IMG/VR virus record: IMGVR_UViG_3300011862_000001
Coordinates: 160,001-224,000 of that record
Strand: one strand, 5' to 3'
Length of the DNA stretch: 64,000 nt
Origin: a virus
Lineage: Duplodnaviria > Caudoviricetes
The notes beneath the pieces were generated by a model. That model saw only the letters and a program-made list of their open reading frames with translations, did no database searches and was not told the DNA's origin. This document shows positions 56,817 to 64,000 of the stretch, one piece after another; within the stretch, counting starts at the first letter, position 1, and every line of letters begins with the position of its first letter. The translations under genes and the position numbers were made by a program.

Positions 56817-56855
56817 AAGAGAATCCTTCGGGATTCTCTTTTTTTTTGGTTTTTT
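56817..56855 (+). terminator. intrinsic terminator
   Basis: AAGAGAATCC-TTCG-GGATTCTCTT plus long T-tract. Confidence 0.9.
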
Positions 56856-56910
56856 ACAGCACCACCCAACGATATGGACATCTCACACTTTCGTACTAGG
56901 ACCCGACGAC

Positions 56911-59421
56911 ATGCTAAAAGTCGAACGTATTATTCTTAAAGGGTTTACCGGGATGGGCCTGCACGAAATCGAAACGTTTGATTTCCGTGTCCAAGGCAAT
57001 GTGACCATCATCTTAGGTGGTAATGGCTGTGGTAAAAGCAGTTTGTTGGCGGTGTATTTTCCGATAGCTCCGAACAAAAATGAATTCCGCGACGGCGGCT
57101 CATACACCAACATAGCCCAGATAGATGACGCCCGGTACCAATTCTTTATTAAGCGCACAGGCAACAGCTTAGTGTGCACGATTACTAATCTGACCAGCGG
57201 TGAAAAGCTGGTTGACGGGGTAAACCCGAAAGTCTACAACTCGCGTGTCGAAGAACTGACGCGCCTCAATAAAGAACGCAAAGAGCTGATTAACGGCGAA
57301 GCGGTCTTAACCCGTGCCAATACCGAACAACGTCGCAAATGGTTCTCTGCGATGTCAACCTCGGATTTAAGCTACGCGCTGGACTTCTACAAAAAGCTGC
57401 GTAAGAACTTAAGCTTGTTAAACGGGGCGATTGACCACACGGCGAAGAAAATCACCGATTTAAAAGTGCGGGTAGTGGAAGAAGAATCCGAACGTGAACG
57501 CTTAGCCCAGCGCATCCGTGAACTGGAAGTGGAACTGGCAGACCTCGGTCATGCGCTCGCCGCGTTACCGGGCCTTAATCGCAGCATCAGTAAAGAGAGT
57601 ATTGCCGCACGCTTACATCAACTCTCTCCGGATGTCAAGCTGATACTGGACGCCCCTAGCCTGCCGACTGCGCATCGCTTAGAAACGCTCCAGGGTCAGC
57701 TTAACCACTGGCGTGACTTAGTTGCGGCGGCCGAAGCCAACAGCGCCACGTACAACAAAGAGCTGTCGATTTTATTGGATGAATCCAACCGTCTGGATTA
57801 CTTAATGCGTAACCATGCCGGGTTAAAGGATACCATTCAACGCCTCGACACCACGCTCGCTGAGTTTGGTATTGAACGTTGGCGTTGGCCGGAGTTGGCT
57901 GAGAGCGAAACGTTAACGCTACCGATGCTCCAGAATGCCCTTAAAGAGACCCGTCAGTGGTCTTCCTCTTTATCCGGGCAAATGGACCAAATTAGCTTTA
58001 ACGACCCGCTGCGTGTCATGGAGGAGCGTTTACTGGCCTTTGATGCCAGGACGGCGATGCTCACTGACAACCAACGACGGGTGCAAGGGATGATTGACCG
58101 CTTAAATCATGACCGCACCCATTTCCTGGAAACGCAGGAAGTCAACTGTCCACGCTGTAACTATATCTTCCGTCCGGGGATTAACGACAGCCTGGAAAAC
58201 ATCGATGAGCAGTTGCGTATCCAACAGGCTGAACTGAATGGGTTGAACGCCACTCGCGAAGCTCACCTGGTAGACCGCCCACGCCTCGAAGAAGACGTGG
58301 TGGCCAAACGGGTGGTACGTGACATTGTGATGAGCTATTCGCGTGACCCGGTGATTGCGGTGTTGTTTAAGACCGTGCAAGCCGAAAGCGCCTTCTTATT
58401 GCATCGTAATAAGCTCGGTGGGTTGATGAACGCGTTCTTCCAGGAGTTGGACGAGGCGATACGTTATCGTCAAACGCTTGAGGCGTTAACCAAAGCCAAA
58501 CGCGAATGGGAAGAAGCCGCCCGTGCGGTGGGCAATACCGATACCACGCTTTCTGATAAAATCAATCGCCTACGGGGGTTGTTGGACGCGGAGTCACAGA
58601 CTTTGACCTTGAGTCGGGCACAGTTGACCACAGTTCAGCAAGACTACGAACGTGAACAGAAACTCTTTACCGTGCTACACAGCGTACAACGCGCCTGGGA
58701 GACGGTGGAGCAGGAAGTGGAAGTCTCGGTCAACAACGAAGCTGTGCGCCACCTGAGCGCAGTACGTGAGGCCAAATTGGATGCCTATGCCACGGCCCGT
58801 GATCGCTATCGGATTATGGAAAGTGAGCTGACGACACTCCAGGGGTTGGAGCAGGAACTCAGTGAGTTACGGGTGCGTCAGTTTAACAACCGCCAGATGA
58901 TTGCGGCATTCTCTCCGGAGAAAGGGTTGCTCAGTCGCTACATCTATAACTCTGTGGTGCGTATCACCGAACTGATGAACAAATATATTGATGCTGTGTG
59001 GCAGTACCCGATGCGGGTGTTGCCGTGTGACGTCAGTGAGGGGGACATGGACTACACGTTCCCGTATTTGCTCAAAGACAGCCTGGAACCCGCACCGGAT
59101 GTCTGCAAAGCCTCGAAAGCCCAGGGCAAGATGTTTGACCTGGCTTACCGTCTGACCGCGTACAAGGCAATGAACTTACAGGGCTATCCCTTGTTATTGG
59201 ATGAACCCTCTGAAGGCATGGACGAAGAACACCGTCACGCACTCGTGGGTTTTATCAAAATGCTCGCTAATTCCGGCGAGTTCTCACAGGTGTTGGTGGT
59301 GTCCCACGATTCAGATGTGCATTCGAAATTAAACGAGGCCGAATACTGCGTGATAGACCCGTCAGGGGTAACCCTGCCTCCGGTCTACAACGTGGGGACT
59401 ACCATTATTTACGCGGATTAA
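56911..59421 (+). CDS. sbcC: SbcC/Rad50-like SMC-family ATPase
   Basis: Walker A GGNGCGKS, long coiled coils with a central CPRC zinc hook, degenerate signature ASKAQ, Walker B LLLDEP, H-loop VVSH. Confidence 0.9.
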   Translation: MLKVERIILKGFTGMGLHEIETFDFRVQGNVTIILGGNGCGKSSLLAVYFPIAPNKNEFRDGGSYTNIAQIDDARYQFFIKRTGNSLVCTITNLTSGEKLVDGVNPKVYNSRVEELTRLNKERKELINGEAVLTRANTEQRRKWFSAMSTSDLSYALDFYKKLRKNLSLLNGAIDHTAKKITDLKVRVVEEESERERLAQRIRELEVELADLGHALAALPGLNRSISKESIAARLHQLSPDVKLILDAPSLPTAHRLETLQGQLNHWRDLVAAAEANSATYNKELSILLDESNRLDYLMRNHAGLKDTIQRLDTTLAEFGIERWRWPELAESETLTLPMLQNALKETRQWSSSLSGQMDQISFNDPLRVMEERLLAFDARTAMLTDNQRRVQGMIDRLNHDRTHFLETQEVNCPRCNYIFRPGINDSLENIDEQLRIQQAELNGLNATREAHLVDRPRLEEDVVAKRVVRDIVMSYSRDPVIAVLFKTVQAESAFLLHRNKLGGLMNAFFQELDEAIRYRQTLEALTKAKREWEEAARAVGNTDTTLSDKINRLRGLLDAESQTLTLSRAQLTTVQQDYEREQKLFTVLHSVQRAWETVEQEVEVSVNNEAVRHLSAVREAKLDAYATARDRYRIMESELTTLQGLEQELSELRVRQFNNRQMIAAFSPEKGLLSRYIYNSVVRITELMNKYIDAVWQYPMRVLPCDVSEGDMDYTFPYLLKDSLEPAPDVCKASKAQGKMFDLAYRLTAYKAMNLQGYPLLLDEPSEGMDEEHRHALVGFIKMLANSGEFSQVLVVSHDSDVHSKLNEAEYCVIDPSGVTLPPVYNVGTTIIYAD

Positions 59422-59424
59422 TAC

Positions 59425-59598
59425 ATGTTTAATTTGATTGTTGTTGCGCTCGGCTGGGTGGGTGTATTTTTGTTCGGTGCTTGTTTGTTAGCAAAACTGT
59501 TGAGCCGGAAGCTCATCTCGTTGGTAGTGTACCTTTGGCCATTACCTGGGCGGGTAGTGGACCGGATGTGGAGCAAGTATAAAGGAGCGTTAGGATGA
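59425..59598 (+). CDS. unannotated 57-aa membrane micro-protein
   Basis: Hand translation MFNLIVVALGWVGVFLFGACLLAKLLSRKLISLVVYLWPLPGRVVDRMWSKYKGALG; ATGA overlap with the next ORF. Confidence 0.6.
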   Translation: MFNLIVVALGWVGVFLFGACLLAKLLSRKLISLVVYLWPLPGRVVDRMWSKYKGALG

Positions 59599-59723
59599 AT
59601 GCAGAACGATTCGACACTGTGCTGGTATCAGTGTTGTTTGCAGGGTTGTGTGTATGGTTGGCAGGTTCAGCGTTAAGCTGGGTCATCACACAAGCAAAAA
59701 AGAAAGGGGCAATACATGGATAA
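59595..59723 (+). CDS. unannotated 42-aa membrane micro-protein
   Basis: AAGGAG RBS; MNAERFDTVLVSVLFAGLCVWLAGSALSWVITQAKKKGAIHG. Confidence 0.65.
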   Translation: MNAERFDTVLVSVLFAGLCVWLAGSALSWVITQAKKKGAIHG

Positions 59724-59850
59724 TAAATCAGACGGGGAGCAACCTGCCCCCCAAACTGAAAGATTAACCACGAACGGTAAGCGAAAGCTACTTAACACCC
59801 GTCATGGTCATTTCACCTACCCAGAGGCAAATAAGAGGAAGGGTAAATGA
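59716..59850 (+). CDS. unannotated 44-aa micro-protein
   Basis: AGGGG RBS; MDNKSDGEQPAPQTERLTTNGKRKLLNTRHGHFTYPEANKRKGK; ATGA overlap with the next ORF. Confidence 0.55.
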   Translation: MDNKSDGEQPAPQTERLTTNGKRKLLNTRHGHFTYPEANKRKGK

Positions 59851-60065
59851 CCGATTCTGGTGGCAATGTCAAAACCGTAGTGGGGATACAACTCGGTCTA
59901 GTGGGAGTGGGGGTCGGTAAAGGTGTTCAGCGCTTAGTTGTCGCTGAAGTTGCCGACCCCATGGATTGGTCAATGACATTACGGAACGGTGAGGACTGGC
60001 GTGGGGATGCCCGTCAACACCAGCGACGACTGCGGAACCGTACGCACCGTCGTATCCTGTCATGA
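59847..60065 (+). CDS. small hypothetical protein with an Arg-rich C-terminus
   Basis: GAGGA RBS, ATGA coupling. Confidence 0.55.
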   Translation: MTDSGGNVKTVVGIQLGLVGVGVGKGVQRLVVAEVADPMDWSMTLRNGEDWRGDARQHQRRLRNRTHRRILS

Positions 60066-60181
60066 CGCATGGATGATCGTATAAAAAGCCTGCTGTTCGT
60101 ATGCAGGTAGCGTATAATACGCGCAGTTCGTTTCGACACTCACCACCCGGTTGACCACAACCGGATTCACTCAGGAAATCC

Positions 60182-60664
60182 ATGATGACCGCGATTGTTA
60201 TCCTCGATGATGCTTCCCAACTGACTTCAGAGCAGCAGAAGCATGTTCTTAATTTGCATTATTCTTTCTTGAACTTTCAACGTTCCGTGTTAGAAGCCAA
60301 TCACCCGATTCCGGACCTGCGCTTATCGCAGCTGTTTTCAGGTAACCGTATCGGTGTGGCGATGAACAACGGTACGCCGGTAGGCTATTGTATCTACCGG
60401 GTTATCGCGGGTGTTTTGAAAATTCGTTCGTTGTATGTAGTAGAGCAGTTCCGACGTAATGGCTTGATGTCTGATTTATTGAACCACATCCGTCAGAATA
60501 CCACTTTCTGGCAGGCGCAACTGACAATCCACAAAAACTGTACTGCGGGTCGCGAGTTCTTCGCCAGCCGGGGCTATCAAGCCAAAGCAGACGGTGACTG
60601 GTTACAGTTGGTCTTCTTCGTTCCGGTGACCACAGAAGAATCACCGGCAGCACTGACGGCGTAA
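60182..60664 (+). CDS. GNAT-family acetyltransferase
   Basis: VGYC...LKIRSLYVVEQFRRNGLMSDLL acetyl-CoA-binding motif A; N...FFASRGY motif B. Confidence 0.85.
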   Translation: MMTAIVILDDASQLTSEQQKHVLNLHYSFLNFQRSVLEANHPIPDLRLSQLFSGNRIGVAMNNGTPVGYCIYRVIAGVLKIRSLYVVEQFRRNGLMSDLLNHIRQNTTFWQAQLTIHKNCTAGREFFASRGYQAKADGDWLQLVFFVPVTTEESPAALTA

Positions 60665-60733
60665 AAATACGCTCTCCTTATGTTTTCCATGTTCACTATG
60701 AGTGAATGTGTTTTAACCTGAGGAGAGCTTTTT

Positions 60734-61057
60734 ATGTTTAACAGTCAAAATGTCGCCGGTTTACCCACTGCGGTCTGCTGGCAAGAATACCAACGTGCCA
60801 TCCCTTTCTTAAAGGATACGCTAATGGAAACCCCTAAACACCCTAACGTCGGTACAATCGGTCAGGTTGAGCACGCACAGAGTACGCTCAGTGCAAGCAT
60901 CACTGGCGCGGCTACCCCGATGAGTGGTCCTAACCAATGGCTGTCGAAACATCAACAGCCGCTCAATGCCATGAATGCCACCGTTGCAGAGCTGATTGAA
61001 GATGCTGTGCTAAACGGTAAAGACTTCTATGTGGTGAAGATGAGTCCGGTGGTCTAA
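60734..61057 (+). CDS. hypothetical protein containing an EF-Tu N-terminal-like segment
   Basis: KHPNVGTIGQVEHAQSTLSASIT; two possible starts (60734 with GAGGAG, 60824 with AAGGA). Confidence 0.7.
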   Translation: MFNSQNVAGLPTAVCWQEYQRAIPFLKDTLMETPKHPNVGTIGQVEHAQSTLSASITGAATPMSGPNQWLSKHQQPLNAMNATVAELIEDAVLNGKDFYVVKMSPVV

Positions 61058-61572
61058 TGGCAAACCACGTCGATTTCTTTGGTGAAGAACACACGGTTGA
61101 AGAACGTAACCGGGTGGAATGGCTGATTATCGACAACCACCGCAAGACGCCTTATGATTACTTGCTTTGCGAAGAGCTTGGCCCACACGCCTGGCTCACG
61201 CCGACTGCAATTCGTAAGGCCATCAAAGACCAGATGTGGAGTATCTCTCCTCGCGGGTTAGAGTTGGCACTCAAACTGGGTATTCCTGCTGTGGGTATCG
61301 ACTGCTGGGACGATGCGACGTTCAAGCACGATATCAAAGACAAAAACGGTATGGCCGTCGATTTTCGCCACAGCTTTCTGATGCGGGAAACGAAGATGGT
61401 CAAGACCGTGCAGGAATATCGGAAGAAGGGTCGCTTAGCAGTGATGCTGGGCGATACCCATTTGCGTACCGTTAAAACCAAAGAGTTGGGCGATGAATCT
61501 CTGGTGTGGTTGACCTTTCGCCGTGACCAAGATGTGACCATCTATCGCAGTCCGAAAAAAGAGATAGCATGA
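61057..61572 (+). CDS. possible TIKI/EreA/ChaN-superfamily protein
   Basis: Ordered motifs FFGEEH, LLCEE, RETKM, AVMLGDTH. Confidence 0.55.
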   Translation: MANHVDFFGEEHTVEERNRVEWLIIDNHRKTPYDYLLCEELGPHAWLTPTAIRKAIKDQMWSISPRGLELALKLGIPAVGIDCWDDATFKHDIKDKNGMAVDFRHSFLMRETKMVKTVQEYRKKGRLAVMLGDTHLRTVKTKELGDESLVWLTFRRDQDVTIYRSPKKEIA

Positions 61573-61645
61573 GTCAAGAATAATTACAGGTGCGCACCAT
61601 TATGTGTCGTACCTGCCCTTTCTAATTTTTTCTTGGAGTTGAATC

Positions 61646-61903
61646 ATGCAAACCGTCATACCCGAGTGTGCACGTATTGCACTCCGGGAAATCACCGGTG
61701 TTCACAGCCCGGTCATTAACACGGTCACCGACGCCAATCGCAATTACCTGCATTCGGGGTTAGCGATTGCTCTGACCTATTACGAGCAGTACCAGCAGCC
61801 TGCCCGTTCCGGTTACAGGCGCACCTTTTACTATACACATCGTCCGGAGTTTCCTCATGCGGCGGTGTTTACGCATGTTGATACGGAGGTCGTATATGGG
61901 TGA
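61646..61903 (+). CDS. hypothetical protein
   Basis: GGAG RBS, 85 aa. Confidence 0.7.
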   Translation: MQTVIPECARIALREITGVHSPVINTVTDANRNYLHSGLAIALTYYEQYQQPARSGYRRTFYYTHRPEFPHAAVFTHVDTEVVYG

Positions 61904-62078
61904 AGTGGCTGACAGACTGAAAGAGTCATCGAAAGGGTACACGGTTGACCCACGCGAATGGTTTGGCACGGTGGGACGTCGTTACCCGCAGCGGACAGCC
62001 GTTAGCATTGCGGTGCGTATGGCACTGGTATGGCCAGTGGTTCCGATTACGCAGCCAGAGTACATCACGGTATGCTAA
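61896..62078 (+). CDS. small hypothetical protein (60 aa)
   Basis: GGAGG RBS before ATG 61896; overlaps both neighbours. Confidence 0.6.
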   Translation: MGEVADRLKESSKGYTVDPREWFGTVGRRYPQRTAVSIAVRMALVWPVVPITQPEYITVC

Positions 62079-62557
62079 TCTTTCGCGATGAACGTCATGT
62101 GCAGGGTGATATTTTCAATGCCGCAGACGCCTACAAAGTGGTGACAATCAACTGCGTAGGCGCAATGGGCAGGGGAATTGCCCTGTCTTGCAAAGAGCGT
62201 TTTCCTAGAATCTATGAGGACTACCGCAAACGTTGCAGGAAAAATGAGATTATGGTGGGTCACGTTTACTTATACGAGGACGAGAAAATTATCCTGCTGC
62301 CCACCAAGGTACACTTTAAAGACCGTTCAGAAGTCGTATACGTCACCAAAGGTATAGATGCTTTGGCGCGTCTTGGAAACGACCTGAAAGCTGAGGTAGC
62401 ACTCCCACCCCTCGGGATGGCTAACGGTTGGTTGCGCGCCCACGAGCGCTGCGAAATCTATCACCACCTGTTCAGGACACTGAACCCCGGAGAGCAACAC
62501 TATCGGATATACTTACCCACCACGTTATACACAGAAGCCAAAGCGGCACTATTGTAA
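62072..62557 (+). CDS. macrodomain protein, DarG/OARD1(TARG1)-like ADP-ribosyl hydrolase
   Basis: GDIF, TINCVGAMGRGIA..KERFP, LPTKVHF and ALPPLGMANG motifs. Confidence 0.85.
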   Translation: MLIFRDERHVQGDIFNAADAYKVVTINCVGAMGRGIALSCKERFPRIYEDYRKRCRKNEIMVGHVYLYEDEKIILLPTKVHFKDRSEVVYVTKGIDALARLGNDLKAEVALPPLGMANGWLRAHERCEIYHHLFRTLNPGEQHYRIYLPTTLYTEAKAALL

Positions 62558-62565
62558 TGTTTTTT

Positions 62566-62580
62566 GAATAGATATTATCA
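62566..62580 (+). promoter_or_regulatory. putative early promoter motif variant
   Basis: GAATAGATATTATCA, similar to the 5091 copy, in an intergenic position. Confidence 0.45.
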
Positions 62581-62669
62581 CTTGGGCACTTAACAAGGAG
62601 TCAATCGCTAGTTGCGCCGTCACCCATGGTGGGTCACGGAGAAGTATACATCCGTTCTGGAGAATTATC

Positions 62670-63431
62670 ATGATGCGTTCCCTTTTCATTGTTCTGGCTA
62701 TGATGTTGGCATTCAACGCTAATGCCTCGAAGTCGGCCAAGAACGACTACAGCAAAGAGTTCAAACAAATTGAACACCGCTTCACCAAAGTGAAGCCCAT
62801 GATTGTGAAAATTTCTAACGAGCAGGGTGTCCATCCCGGCTTAATGACCACCTTGATTTACAAGGAATCTCGTTTCAACCCAAAGGCAAAAAACAAATCG
62901 TCCACCGCGCACAGCTTGGTTCAAATGACCATGCCTACCAAGCGCACGATGCTCAAGCTCTACGGTAAGCAATTAGGGCTACCGAAGAATGCCGACCTCA
63001 ACAACCCCCGTAATGCAATTCTGATTGCCACGGCGTACGTTAACCACATTGAGGATGAACTGACCCGACGACTCAAACGCAAGCCGACCAATGCCGAAAT
63101 ATACCTCGGTTACCGCTTTGGCGAAGGTGCCGCGTACACCATGATTAAGAAGAACTCCACCCGTGCAGCGAAAGAGATTCGCCAGTATAAACGCGATGCC
63201 GCGTTTTACAGTGCCAAAGTGGACACCTTAGTTGTGGCTGACACACCCAAACAGCTGGCGTTTGTGAAGACTGATGACACTGACAAAGTCATCGAAATTC
63301 AGCAAATTTGGCACACCCTTTACGGTACGTACGTACCTATCGTCGATCAGCGTGCGCTGGTTGCGAACAATTTCACCATAGGAGCGAACATTGAACATCG
63401 TCACACAACCCTGGTATCCGGGCTTATGTAA
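62670..63431 (+). CDS. lytic transglycosylase (SLT/GH23-like) with an N-terminal signal peptide
   Basis: LIYKESRFNPKAKN catalytic motif, SLVQM, NPRNAI, YLGYRFGEG; signal peptide ending ANA. Confidence 0.85.
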   Translation: MMRSLFIVLAMMLAFNANASKSAKNDYSKEFKQIEHRFTKVKPMIVKISNEQGVHPGLMTTLIYKESRFNPKAKNKSSTAHSLVQMTMPTKRTMLKLYGKQLGLPKNADLNNPRNAILIATAYVNHIEDELTRRLKRKPTNAEIYLGYRFGEGAAYTMIKKNSTRAAKEIRQYKRDAAFYSAKVDTLVVADTPKQLAFVKTDDTDKVIEIQQIWHTLYGTYVPIVDQRALVANNFTIGANIEHRHTTLVSGLM

Positions 63432-63966
63432 AGCTGCCCAGTTGTCCGCATCTGATGTCTTTAATCTGATTTCAGGTGGGGCCACGAGTGTGCAAACGAA
63501 TCCAGATTACGTTGAACCGCCCGCCGGTGAAGAACCGACCGTGCAGCCGACGTACGTAGACTACAACGAATGGTTTGCGGCAAACCATCAGTTCTACGAC
63601 GCGCTTAACTCCGCGTTCGGTGATGACGAAGACGAAGGGCTGGAGTTTGACTGGAACATCAACCTGGCCCTGCTGTGGATTTGTGGACTGCGTCCGCGTA
63701 TCGATGAAACCGAAGCGGGCTTTGTGCTGACCTGGCGTCAATCAGCAGCGTACAACCCGACCCTGACGTTCAAAGAAGCGTATATGGACGTGACGGTTGA
63801 ACTCCAGAAAATGTGGTTTGGTGAGTCGGCCTATGTGCAGCGCTCTTTCCTGACCATCCTGGAAAAGCTTGCCATTACTCACAAGCTCTGGCGCAGTGAC
63901 ACCGCCCCGGAACATCTGTTTGTTCTCGAGTACCAGGTCGTTCCTAATACCCCGTTCTTCGAATAA
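63391..63966 (+). CDS. hypothetical acidic protein
   Basis: AGGAG RBS before a TTG start; followed by a terminator. Confidence 0.75.
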   Translation: MNIVTQPWYPGLCKAAQLSASDVFNLISGGATSVQTNPDYVEPPAGEEPTVQPTYVDYNEWFAANHQFYDALNSAFGDDEDEGLEFDWNINLALLWICGLRPRIDETEAGFVLTWRQSAAYNPTLTFKEAYMDVTVELQKMWFGESAYVQRSFLTILEKLAITHKLWRSDTAPEHLFVLEYQVVPNTPFFE

Positions 63967-63971
63967 TACCT

Positions 63972-64000
63972 AACCAGACCTTCGGGTCTGGTTCTTTTTA
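63972..64000 (+). terminator. intrinsic terminator
   Basis: AACCAGACC-TTCG-GGTCTGGTT plus T-tract. Confidence 0.85.

Noticed and set aside
1-64000. tRNA, rRNA, integrase or IS elements
   Set aside because: None recognised by eye; intergenic gaps are short and mostly explained by promoters and terminators. A tRNAscan/Infernal run would be needed to exclude them formally.

Overview
This window is a segment of a phiKZ-related jumbo myophage genome (Chimalliviridae-like; an enterobacterial host is plausible, but that is inference). Layout: (1) 1-9.8 kb, + strand small early/middle genes, including an HslU-like AAA+ ATPase, a probably catalytically dead prohead-protease paralog and a DUF488 protein. 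(2) 10-27.7 kb, a + strand array of paralogous virion (tail/baseplate fibre) proteins, including a duplicated two-gene module with T-even gp38-like glycine-rich adhesin domains. (3) 27.8-48.3 kb, a - strand block: four large tail-fibre-like paralogs, then three tandem CxxxC/CxxC-repeat peptides with a shared leader, an unknown 294-aa gene, two radical-SAM enzymes, an unknown gene, a DUF4376-like protein, a GH108 endolysin, an unannotated 52-aa membrane peptide and a DUF1353 protein. (4) 48.4-50.8 kb, a virion protein and a central-spike-like protein. (5) 51-64 kb, + strand accessory genes: three secreted paralogs, an SbcC/Rad50-like ATPase, micro-ORFs, a GNAT, an EF-Tu N-terminus look-alike, a TIKI/EreA/ChaN-like protein, a DarG-like macrodomain and a lytic transglycosylase. 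The most striking candidate novel system is the phage-encoded radical-SAM/Cys-repeat peptide (RiPP-like) cluster embedded in the tail-fibre operon (29.4-34.8 kb). A repeated early-promoter-like motif (AGATA[T/G]AT[A/G]TTA[C/T]) and a family of CTACT-stem terminators are also visible. No tRNA, rRNA, CRISPR array or IS element was recognised. All family assignments come from motif recognition by eye; no database search was run.
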